Positions 1 through 10,205 of a DNA stretch of 29,345 bases are shown piece after piece. Position 1 is the first letter of the stretch, and every line of letters starts with the position of its first letter. Under the pieces are notes generated by a model. It searched no databases. It worked only from the letters and a program-made list of their open reading frames with translations, and was not told where the DNA came from. The translations under genes and the position numbers were made by a program. Source of the DNA: Macrostomum lignano (Eukaryota); contig NIVC01004989.1 in the NCBI GenBank assembly GCA_002269645.1, positions 1 to 29,345 of the forward strand, written 5' to 3'.

Positions 1-112
1 CAGCATGAGAATCAGCATGAGAATCAGCATGAGAATCAGCATGAGAATCAGCATGAGAATCAGCATGAGAATCAGCATGAAATCAGCATAAGAATCAGCA
101 TGATAATCAGCA
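1..112. repeat. 12-bp tandem repeat (CAGCATGAGAAT)n, truncated by window start
   Basis: About 9 copies visible directly, degenerating after position 75. Confidence 0.95.
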
Positions 113-695
113 ATGCCAACTAAAAACTTTTAATCCCCCTCGAACGAGTAGATAGGAGCATAATCCTCCAAAGGCAATCGGGTTAAGGATTATTGTCCGG
201 CGTTGAGGGAGAAATCGGAGTCGACAAACTTTGAGGATTTTGGGAGTCGAATATCCGGTCGAGAAGCACTTCTAGCTACGAAGCGTCCATATTTTCGGTT
301 AGAAATATTTTCATGACAGTTACAGTAATTTAGTTGAAACATGATAGCGCCTCAGACTTACCCAAAAGTTAGCCAGCTGCCTTGGACTGCAGTTCGAAGG
401 CCAATCTTGGAAGCCAAGTGTGCGGTCGTCATTTTGCAGCGCATTTTTGTCAAGGTTCAAAGGGAGAGAGAAGGCGCGAATGGCGGATGGAAGTAACGGA
501 CCAATGGCTGGAGGTCTACCGGACTTTCAAACCTCTCTCTCTGCACTCCCCAGCTCCCACCTCCATTGAGTTGGTTGTGAGCATCGAAAGTGAACAATCA
601 AAGGTATAACTTGTGCTAGCGTTCTTTGAAGTGTAACACTGGTGGCATCTGTACAAGGTTTGGTGTACTGGTAACTCAGTAACTGTCACCCGATT

Positions 696-1413
696 GTGAG
701 GTTCCACAGTCTCTTTGACGTGAGGTTCTAGAGTCCCTTGACGTGAGGTTCCACAGTCTCTTTGACATGAGGTTCCACAGTCTCTTTGACGTGAGGTTCC
801 ACAGTCTCTTTGACGTGAGGTTCCACAGTCTCTTTGACGTGAGTTCCACAGTCTCCTTGAAGTGAGGTTCCACAGTCTTCTCGACGTGAGGTTCGATTGT
901 CTACTTGACGTGAGGTTCCACAGCCCCTTGACGTGAGATTCTAGAGTCCCCTTGACGTGAGGTTCTAGAGTCCCCTTGACGTGAGGTTCCACAGTCTCCT
1001 TGACGTGAGGTTCTAGAGTCCCCTTGACGTGAGGTTCCACAGTCTCCTTGACGTGAGGTTCCACAGTCCCCTTGACGTGAGGTTCCACAGTCTCCTCGAC
1101 GTGAGGTTCCACAGTCCCCTTGACGTGAGGTTCCACAGTCTCCTCGACGTGAGGTTCCACAGTCAGTCTCCTCGACGTGAGGTTCTAGAGTCCCTTGACG
1201 TGAGGTTCCACAGTCAGTCTCCTCGACGTGAGGTTCTAGAGTCCCCTTGACGTGAGGTTCCACAGTCAGTCTCCTCGACGTGAGGTTCTAGAGTCCCCTT
1301 GACGTGAGGTTCCACAGTCAGTCTCCTCGACGTGAGGTTCTAGAGTCCCCTTGACGTGAGGTTCCACAGTCAGTCTACTCGACGTGAGGTTCTACAGTCT
1401 CGTTGACGTGAGG
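696..1413. repeat. ~24-bp minisatellite (GACGTGAGGTTCCACAGTCTCCTT; TCTAGAG variant; 23- and 28-bp length variants)
   Basis: Roughly 28-30 units visible; indel variants shift the repetitive ORFs between frames, so it is non-coding. Confidence 0.95.
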
Positions 1414-1900
1414 CGCCAGCGTCAACCTGAATTGAAGCATCCTTCCCACAGTTCCCTTCTTATCACTTCGTTCTAAAAAACACGAAAGATCGAAGTGGAA
1501 TCGTCGATGCGACTTTAAAAATCAATTGTGCTTTCTACCTTCTGCTAGCCAAACTTCCCTCACTTGTGTCGCATTCGATAAGTCGGCCAATCAATTTGTT
1601 TCAGTAAAATTGCCTGGGCAGCACAGACAGCTACGAAGCGAATGCAAAGTGCAGGTCACTAGCTTCGGTCTAGCATTTCTCATCTATGTGTCCGATGGAT
1701 TGCAACAGAGTTCCCCGAAAGTCTTGGTGAGCACAGATTTAGAAATCTATGCATTATTTATGAGTATGACGCAGCTGCCTTGATTGCACTAAAGTGTTGT
1801 TATAAAAGAAATACTCGAACGGTCGTACTTACATGTATGCCTTACCAAGAAATTCTGGGTCACAAGTATAGCTTAACATCTTCTTTAGCGCAAAAACTCT

Positions 1901-2030
1901 CTTCCTTAGCGCTACAACTCGCTTCCTTAGCGCCACAACTCGCTTCCTTAGCGCTACAACTCGCTTCTTTAGCGCCACAACTTACTTCCTTAGCACCACA
2001 ACTCGGTTGTTTAGGGCCACAAGTTGCTTC
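1901..2030. repeat. 21-bp minisatellite (CTTCCTTAGCGCYACAACTCG), about 6 degenerate copies
   Basis: Direct repeats visible; they produce the SLAPQLA periodicity in ORF 1780..2208. Confidence 0.85.
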
Positions 2031-2584
2031 AGTAGCTCCAATTCCGACTTATGTGACATCAACCGCTCCCCTCATTGTCAACCGTCTGTTCCTTCACCAC
2101 GCTATTCGCAGCAAATCCAGTGGTATCATTGAGAAAAGCAACTTAAGATCGGACTCAGCCTTGAGCACTGGAACGCCTCACTGCTTCAAGGGGATTACAC
2201 GAGACTAGGAGGGGGATTACAACTCAAGCCATATTTCTGATTGACCGCCTGTGACAAAAATTGACATCGAAAAGTAGGCCTTCGGGAGGTGATGAGAAGC
2301 GCTGACAGAAATTCGAAACAGAACAGAGTAGTCAGCCGATCAATGAAGGCCCTCAGGACATCTGTAAGCCATGCAATGCTGAAGCAGAATTTTCCTGATA
2401 AGAAATGTCCAGGTTCAATGTCCACTTATCGACAAATTTGACAGAGGATGCCGCCTCGAGTCCGACTGTTGCTTCTGGGTTCGATTCGGTGGCGCGGTCA
2501 CCTTAACTCAGGAGGGGCCAGCCTCCTTTGGTACGGGGTGTGGGTACACTGCCAGGCTGGCTTGTACGTATCAGGTGTCTGCGA

Positions 2585-3628
2585 GTTGCAGAAGGTCTTG
2601 CGCCCCTTGCAGAAGCTATGGTACCCATTGCAGAAGCTATGGTACCTCTTGCAGAAGCTATGGTACCTCTTGCTGAAGCTATGGTACCTCTTGCAGAAGC
2701 TATGGTACCTCTTGCAGAAGCTATGGTACCTCTTGCAGAAGCTATGGTACCCATTGCAGAAGCTATGGTACCTCTTGCAGAAGCTATGGTACCCATTGCA
2801 GAAGCTATGGTACCTCTTGCAGAAGCTATGGTACCTCTTGCAGAAGCTATGGTACCCATTGCAGAAGCTATGGTACCTCTTGCAGAAGCTATGGTACCTC
2901 TTGCAGAAGCTATGGTACCTCTTGCAGAAGCTATGGTACCTCTTGCAGAAGCTATGGTACCTCTTGCAGAAGCTATGGTACCTCTTGCAGAAGCTATGGT
3001 ACCTCTTGCAGAAGCTATGGTACCTCTTGCAGAAGCTATGGTACCTCTTGCAGAAGCTATGGTACCTCTTGCAGAAGCTATGGTACCTCTTGCTGAAGCT
3101 ATGGTACCTCTTGCAGAAGCTATGGTACCTCTTGCAGAAGCTATGGTACCCATTGCAGAAGCTATGGTACCTCTTGCAGAAGCTATGGTACCTCTTGCAG
3201 AAGCTATGGTACCTCTTGCAGAAGCTATGGTACCTCTTGCAGAAGCTATGGTACCTCTTGCAGAAGCTATGGTACCTCTTGCAGAAGCTATGGTACCTCT
3301 TGCTGAAGCTATGGTACCTCTTGCAGAAGCTATGGTACCTCTTGCAGAAGCTATGGTACCTCTTGCAGAAGCTATGGTACCTCTTGCAGAAGCTATGGTA
3401 CCTCTTGCAGAAGCTATGGTACCTCTTGCTGAAGCTATGGTACCTCTTGCAGAAGCTATGGTACCCATTGCAGAAGCTATGATACCTCTTGCAGAAGCTA
3501 TGGTACCCATTGCAGAAGCTATGGTACCTCTTGCAGAAGCTATGGTACCTCTTGCAGAAGCTATGGTACCCATTGCAGAAGCTATGGTACCTCTTGCAGA
3601 AGCTATGGTACCTCTTGCAGAAGCTATA
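2585..3628. repeat. 21-bp minisatellite (GCAGAAGCTATGGTACCTCTT), about 49 copies
   Basis: Highly homogeneous units with a few recurrent variants (CCCATT, GCTGAAG); explains four overlapping repetitive ORFs. Confidence 0.97.
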
Positions 3629-4134
3629 GCCATTCTCGCCGATATGTAGTGAAAGTTTTCTTCGCCAAGAGTCCAATTCGAGAGCCAAAGAAGAAACCAA
3701 CAGAAAAAAGTGTGACAGGATAAAAAAACTGAGAGTAATTGAAAGATGGAGAGAAGAGAGAGAAAGAGAGGGAGAGGGAGGAGGGGCCTGATGGATCAAT
3801 GAATTTTAATCAGTTTTCCCAACCCCAGCCCTGCAAACAGAAGGGTCTCTGAGACCGCTTGGAGCTCTCTCTTTCTTTCTCTGCTGCTGTTTTCACAAGA
3901 GCGGTGTGGATCGGCCAGCCTCCCGCATCATAGTGTGACCGGTGCAACAGTGCAGTAGCGAGCCAATCTAAAGTCGTTAATCATTTCCTGCGCCGAAGAA
4001 GTGCAGAATGGGCCGGTGAAGAATGGATGGATTTCTATTGGCACTTAGCTTTTTGAGACTGCGGTCTTCCATCCTTCATTTTATACTCAGAACTGTGCTA
4101 CTAAATTAGACAGTTTTCTTATCATCATCGATTA

Positions 4135-4720
4135 GATTAGTTCAGATTAGATCTAATCCGAATAGAAAAGAATAGATCAGATAAGAATAGAATAGAATAG
4201 AATATATTAGATTAGATTAGATTAGATTAGATTAGATTAGATTAAATTAAATTAGATTATATTAGACTTGATTAGATGAGACTTGATTAGATTAGATTAG
4301 ACTTAATTAGATTAAACTTGATTAGATTAGATTAGACTTGATTAGATTAGATTAGGTTAGATTAGATTAGATTAGTTTAGATTAGATTAGATGAGATTAG
4401 ATCACTTTAAATTAGATTAGAATAGATTAGATTAGATTAGACTCGATTAGATTAGATTAGATTAGACTTTATTAGATTAGATAAGATTAGATTAGTTTAG
4501 ATTAGATTAGATGAGATTAGATTAGATTAGATTAGATTAGATTAGTTTAAATTAAACTAGATTAGATTAGATTAGATGAGATTAGATTAGGTGAGATTAG
4601 ATTAGATGAGATTAGATTAGATTAGATTAGATTAGATGAGATTAGATTAGATGAGATTAGATAAGTTTAAATTAAACTAGATTAGATTAGATTAGATTAG
4701 ATTAGATTAGATCAGATTAG
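4135..4720. repeat. (ATTAG)n pentanucleotide microsatellite, imperfect
   Basis: Long run of ATTAG with ACTTG, ATGAG and TTTAA variants. Confidence 0.95.
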
Positions 4721-5590
4721 AAAAGAATATATTAAATCGAAAAGTAGCATCGATGCTTCGCTAAATCGCAGCACCGGAACCAAATTAGGCAATCTTTCAA
4801 CTTCTCCACAGTAGAAAATCCCACTTGGAGATTATTCGTCTAAGGAATCTTCGAGTCGAATCGAGTAGCCAGTCGTTACTCCATCAGCTCAAAGCGAATG
4901 AGTAGTTCAAGAGGTGCTCAAATCCCCATGGGAGGCCCAGCCCATCCTCAAACTCCCATCCCAGCGCCAGAGCGTCATCTTCAAAGTGAAGATAAGTGTC
5001 TCTATTCCATGTCCCGGACAGAGGCAAAACTAAATCCTCTGCCTTAGCCATGCCGACATCATTAACCCCTCTGACCGCACAGCTTCCTCATTTCCTGTTT
5101 CGGGCGCCTTCTATCCCTTACTCTATCTCCTTCATAGCCTGCCCTTATCCAGCTTCATCTCTGTCTCCTCGGCTTGCTGTCCTGCGCGGCCGAACGCATT
5201 TCTAATCAAGCCGTCATTCAGTGCAGCTCCGGCTCCAGAGCTTCGCTAGACGAGGCAACTCAATCCCGGTGGCTGCCTGCAGCACGCATGGTGCCCCGGC
5301 GCCGTGACAACTTTTCTATCCTTTGATTCGCGGGTCCTTTGAGGCGCTCGAACCCCCTCGCCCCCTCTCCGACCCCGATGCAACGATCTAAGCATGTAAT
5401 TGGCTTTGCTTTTCTAACTTAGGTCCGTCTGCAGCTGCAGTATGGAGCATGCAGATGCCTGCTTGTACATGCAGATGAGCTTGACGCTTCAATAGGCTTA
5501 CTGGATTTTTGCTCATTTTTAATGAGCTCTATGCTGCACCTCGGTTAATCTACGTCTCTTTGATGGCTCGTTCCTGCTTCTCACACTGCG

Positions 5591-7625
5591 CCCCATCAGT
5601 GCTTGAGACTCTGCCTCTCCGCTCCCCATCAGTGCTTGAGAATCTGCCTCTCCGCTCTCCATCAGTGCTTGAGAATCTGCCCCTCCGCTCTCCATCAGTG
5701 CTTGAGAATCTGCCTCTCCGCTCTCCATCAGTGCTTGAGAATCTGCCCTCCGCTCTCCATCAGTGCTTGAGAATCTGCCTCTCCGCTCTCCATCAGTGCT
5801 TGAGAATCTGCCTCTCCGCTCTCCATCAGTGCTTGAGAATCTGCCTCTCCGCTCTCCATCAGTGCTTGAGAATCTGCCCCTCCGCTCTCCATCAGTGCTT
5901 GAGAATCTGCCTCTCCGCTCTCCATCAGTGCTTGAGAATCTGCCTCTCCGCTCTCCATCAGTGCTTGAGAATCTGCCTCTCCGCTCTCCATCAGTGCTTG
6001 AGAATCTGCCTCTCCGCTCTCCATCAGTGCTTGAGAATCTGCCCCTCCGCTCTCCATCAGTGCTTGAGAATCTGCCTCTCCGCTCCCCATCAGTGCTTGA
6101 GAATCTGCCTCTCCGCTCTCCATCAGTGCTTGAGAATCTGCCTCTCCGCTCTCCATCAGTGCTTGAGAATCTGCCCTCCGCTCTCCATCAGTGCTTGAGA
6201 ATCTGCCTCTCCGCTCTCCATCAGTGCTTGAGAATCTGCCTCTCCGCTCTCCATCAGTGCTTGAGAATCTGCCTCTCCGCTCCCCATCAGTGCTTGAGAA
6301 TCTGCCTCTCCGCTCTCCATCAGTGCTTGAGAATCTGCCTCTCCGCTCTCCATCAGTGCTTGAGAATCTGCCTCTCCGCTCCCATCAGTGCTTGAGAATC
6401 TGCCTCTCCGCTCTCCATCAGTGCTTGAGAATCTGCCTCTCCGCTCCCCATCAGTGCTTGAGAATCTGCCTCTCCGCTCCCATCAGTGCTTGAGAATCTG
6501 CCTCTCCGCTCCCCATCAGTGCTTGAGAATCTGCCTCTCCGCTCTCCATCAGTGCTTGAGAATCTGCCTCTCCGCTCCCATCAGTGCTTGAGAATCTGCC
6601 TCTCCGCTCTCCATCAGTGCTTGAGAATCTGCCCCTCCGCTCTCCATCAGTGCTTGAGAATCTGCCTCTCCGCTCTCCATCAGTGCTTGAGAATCTGCCT
6701 CTCCGCTCTCCATCAGTGCTTGAGAATCTGCCCCTCCGCTCTCCATCAGTGCTTGAGAATCTGCCTCTCCGCTCTCCATCAGTGCTTGAGAATCTGCCTC
6801 TCCGCTCTCCATCAGTGCTTGAGAATCTGCCTCTCCGCTCCCCATCAGTGCTTGAGAATCTGCCTCTCCGCTCTCCATCAGTGCTTGAGAATCTGCCTCT
6901 CCGCTCTCCATCAGTGCTTGAGAATCTGCCTCTCCGCTCCCATCAGTGCTTGAGAATCTGCCTCTCCGCTCTCCATCAGTGCTTGAGAATCTGCCTCTCC
7001 GCTCTCCATCAGTGCTTGAGAATCTGCCTCTCCGCTCCCATCAGTGCTTGAGAATCTGCCTCTCCGCTCTCCATCAGTGCTTGAGAATCTGCCTCTCCGC
7101 TCTCCATCAGTGCTTGAGAATCTGCCTCTCCGCTCCCCATCAGTGCTTGAGAATCTGCCTCTCCGCTCCCCATCAGTGCTTGAGAATCTGCCTCTCCGCT
7201 CTCCATCAGTGCTTGAGAATCTGCCTCTCCGCTCCCCATCAGTGCTTGAGAATCTGCCTCTCCGCTCCCCATCAGTGCTTGAGAATCTGCCTCTCCGCTC
7301 CCCATCAGTGCTTGAGAATCTGCCTCTCCGCTCCCCATCAGTGCTTGAGAATCTGCCTCTCCGCTCTTCATCAGTGCTTGAGAACCTGCCTCTCCGCTCC
7401 CCATCAGTGCTTGAGAATCTGCCTCTCCGCTCTCCATCAGTGCTTGAGAATCTGCCCCTCCGCTCTCCATCAGTGCTTGAGAATCTGCCTCTCCGCTCTC
7501 CATCAGTGCTTGAGAATCTGCCTCTCCGCTCTCCATCAGTGCTTGAGAATCTGCCTCTCCGCTCTCCATCAGTGCTTGAGAATCTGCCTCTCCGCTCCCC
7601 ATCAGTGCTTGAGAATCTGCCTCTC
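5591..7625. repeat. 33-bp minisatellite (CCATCAGTGCTTGAGAATCTGCCTCTCCGCTCT), about 61 copies
   Basis: Unit of 33 bp gives the 11-aa periodicity in the ORF track; scattered 1-bp deletions break the frames, so it is non-coding. Confidence 0.97.
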
Positions 7626-8126
7626 TTCTCCATTGGCTCACAGAATATACTGTGCCATCGGCTACTGATTTTATCTTCCAGTTTCTGACTTACCTTTAGT
7701 CTGCTTTATGGATTCCAAAGCCTTCCAGTTCAAATTTCGGCAAGATTTGCTCATCAAACGGACCTGACCTGAATGAAGCGGCCCAATTTGACATCACCAG
7801 CAATCTGTCATCTTTGTGGTCCCGCCTACCCAATGAGTCCCTTGTCCCAATATTTACTGCATGTTTTATGAAGGCACAGCACGAAGCATCCATCCTGCGT
7901 TGTTTGATGTGCAGTGAAGTTTTTTAAAACAAAAAATATCCCGTAGTACCTACTCATGCCAGTAGCAAAGATAGGACAGGAGACAGTTTGCCTACCTGAA
8001 TCTCGGCAATGATCGGAGTTCACCCTGCAGTACATGCACGATGCCTTCGAGACCTGGAGACATCGGCGACAAGCGAGACTTACTTGACTCAGCTGCAGGG
8101 GGCTCCGGGCATCCGGATGCAGCGAG

Positions 8127-8446
8127 GAGGCGTTGCCGCCCATTCCGCCAGCCCCTGGCGACCACGGGCAGCTGGTGCTGCGGTGTCGCGCAGAGAGATC
8201 CGGTGGTGCCGGTGTCCGCAGCGCGGTCCCCCTCCGGAGAGTCCAGGAGGTGGATTGTCGCTCGCCGGTAGCCCTTAGGTAGGGACGAGCTGGCAGAGAT
8301 TCTCGGGCTTAAAAACGTCGGAGAGGTCCGGGTTTGGGCCGAGGTAGGTGAGCTTGTCCTGAGTAAAGGCGGGGCAGTCACAGATGAAGTGCTCCGCATT
8401 CTCGACACCGGAGAGGCAGAAGGGGCATTCCTCGCTGCGGATTTTT
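8127..8446 (-). mobile_element. 5'-truncated non-LTR retrotransposon (LINE) 3' fragment: C-terminal CCHC zinc finger of ORF2 plus probable 3' UTR
   Basis: Manual translation of a minus frame not in the ORF track: KIRSEECPFCLSGVENAEHFICDCPAFTQDKLTYLGPNPDLSDVFKPENLCQLV, then with one frameshift YLRATG. The C-x2-C-x8-H-x4-C pattern and L..(F/Y)LR.TG ending resemble ORF2 ends of I/Nimb/R1-type LINEs (recalled). GC-rich island in AT-rich flank. Confidence 0.65.
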
Positions 8447-9587
8447 TTCCTGGAGTCATAATAATATTAAAATTATACTTACAATATTTAATGCACACAT
8501 CGAGGGTCAGTCATGTCTTTGATGTATTTTGTTAGAATTTAAATTACGCCTCTATATCTTCTTAAGTCCTTAGGTAAATTACTTTATCCTTAGGCTTAAA
8601 CTAAACTTAAACTTCACTTCACTCTCCACCCTCACATGGGGACTTTGGGCAGGTCCTGTCCTCTTACGTGATCTTGGTTTGCTATTTAAACTGTAACATT
8701 TCTAAGGACATACTTTTCCGTTGAGTAGTGTCTCCTAATCGCATCAATTACTTAATAAAATCAATAACTACAATTTTAAATTTAAACAATGAATCTGAAC
8801 CAGAAAAAAATTAATAGAACACTTCATTTATTTCAGTATTACTTGAGTCTTTTTCGGTCATAATTGGCATCTTAAAAGAATAAATAATAGCCATCAACCA
8901 ACTGACTGACGTCATAAATATCGCAGTGTGTAGCAAAATAAATAAACATGGTTAGATTAAGAATGAAAACGTCGTTTTGAACTGAACGAAAACGCACAGA
9001 TTGAGATAAACCAGGACCTACCGACGTCAGTTTATTGACGCTGTACTATTTATGTGCCAATCACACTGCCTGTTACACTGCGACATTCAGTGTGAGGTTT
9101 GTGGGTGGGCAAAGCCCGTCCTATACGAGTACGACCATAGACTATTTTAATGAATCAAACTAAACCAAGTGCTCGGGAATAGATTTCCACCGGTTGTCTA
9201 TGGTAATTGGCAGAGTTGTTGCTTTTCGTTAATGATTAAATCGGGGCTTTTACGCTCGTATATGTCTATGGTCAATGATGGGTGTGATTTTATCTTATAG
9301 TAACTGACGGCTGCTAATAAGTTGGTCGAATATCAATCTGAATGTCTGAGGAGGCGTGTCTCCGATCGTTGACCTGTAGTTAATTTTTCTGTATGCTGAA
9401 ACCATCGGAGAATTACAATATTATTCAATAATTAAAAGATTCGCAGACACGAGGCTCTACGTATGCTTACCGTAAAAAAAACTTTAAATAAAATGTTCGT
9501 AGAGCATCCATGTTTAAGCAAAATATCGTGCAAAATATCTTAGTGCAATAGAAAATTTAGAAACATTATAAAATTACCGAAGTGCAC

Positions 9588-10205
9588 TCACTGCAAGTAC
9601 AAATTTTTCTGTAGATACATATTCACGCGCGGATTTTGCTTGTTACTTGTCTGACACTGTGTTTCATGGCAAACGTGCCTCATTGTGAGCCTGAACTCTT
9701 CGTGACGCTGCAGCAATCCATTCTGCTGCACGCGCTCTTTGAAGCAGTCGAAGAATTGGCTGCAGTGCAACTCCTCGCCAGCGGAGTGGCTCCATGTGTA
9801 CAGGCTGTTCGGGTGGCTGTCAGATGTCCGTACTGGCCAGGAAGTGACAATGGCACCGTCTACAACCTCTGCATAGCCTTGAACAATGAAAAGGTTCACG
9901 TCTGCCCTGAGGCGGAGCAGGACGTCTCTTTTCTCAGAGCCTATGGAGCAAAAATCCACCAGGAACTGGGCCACCAGGCCCTCCTGCGCGCCAACAAATC
10001 GATCAATGTGGCTCTCCGTGAGGTCGGCGGCAACTCTGAGTTGAAGAAATTCAGCTAGAGCTAGGCCGAGCCTCCTAATTATAATGGGAATTTCATTCGC
10101 AACGATTTGTTCCACCGCATGACTCGAAACGTATATTCCAGAGGGCTCTTTTATGTGGCTGCACATTATGATGTAAGCGGCTTTGTTTTCAAATTCATAG
10201 TTCTC
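9588..10205 (-). other. Caspase-fold (peptidase C14-like) domain of paralogue 1, catalytic His and Cys apparently substituted
   Basis: Elements in canonical order versus caspase-3: KAAYIIMCS (GLCIIINN), RVAADLTESHIDRF (RNKNDLTREEIVEL), QFLVDFCSIG (SFVCVLLSHG), NLFIVQGY (KLFIIQAC), SLYTWSHSAG (FLYAYSTAPG), SQFFDCF (SWFIQSL), KQNPRVNMYLQKNLYL (KQIPCIVSMLTKELYF). Manual alignment only. Confidence 0.7.

Noticed and set aside
4135-4720. (TTAGA)n as a telomere-like tract
   Set aside because: Not TTAGGG, TTAGG or TTAGGC; interstitial and degenerate; treated as an ordinary microsatellite.
4890-5080. Stop-free minus-strand stretch (RGVNDVGMAKAEDLVLPLSGTWNRDTYLHFEDDALALGWEF...)
   Set aside because: About 60 codons with no recognisable family and no convincing splice pair; cannot be supported as an exon.
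516-7688. Long ORFs over the 24-, 21- and 33-bp arrays (PHVKETVE, LQKLWYL, AEAMVPL, CKRYHSF, LENLPLRSPSV, MESGEADSQAL)
   Set aside because: Open in several frames on both strands only because the units lack stops; indel variants break frames; no unique coding flanks or splice context identified.
8120-8131. Minus-strand GCCTCCTCGCTG, identical to the P3/L3 segment of the HDV genomic ribozyme, next to a LINE fragment
   Set aside because: P3 cannot close (GCA follows instead of GGC), no P1, P1.1 or catalytic-C arrangement could be built, and it lies at the 3' rather than 5' side of the element. An RNArobo or Infernal scan would settle it.
9920-9965. LVDFCS as a metacaspase/paracaspase-like D-x-C catalytic motif (active protease reading)
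   Set aside because: Spacing of DLT, FIVQG, LYxxSHS and the C-terminal strand fits better with this strand being the SHG strand, and the upstream His (IMCSH) needed for the alternative is absent in paralogue 2. Not fully excluded without a structural model.
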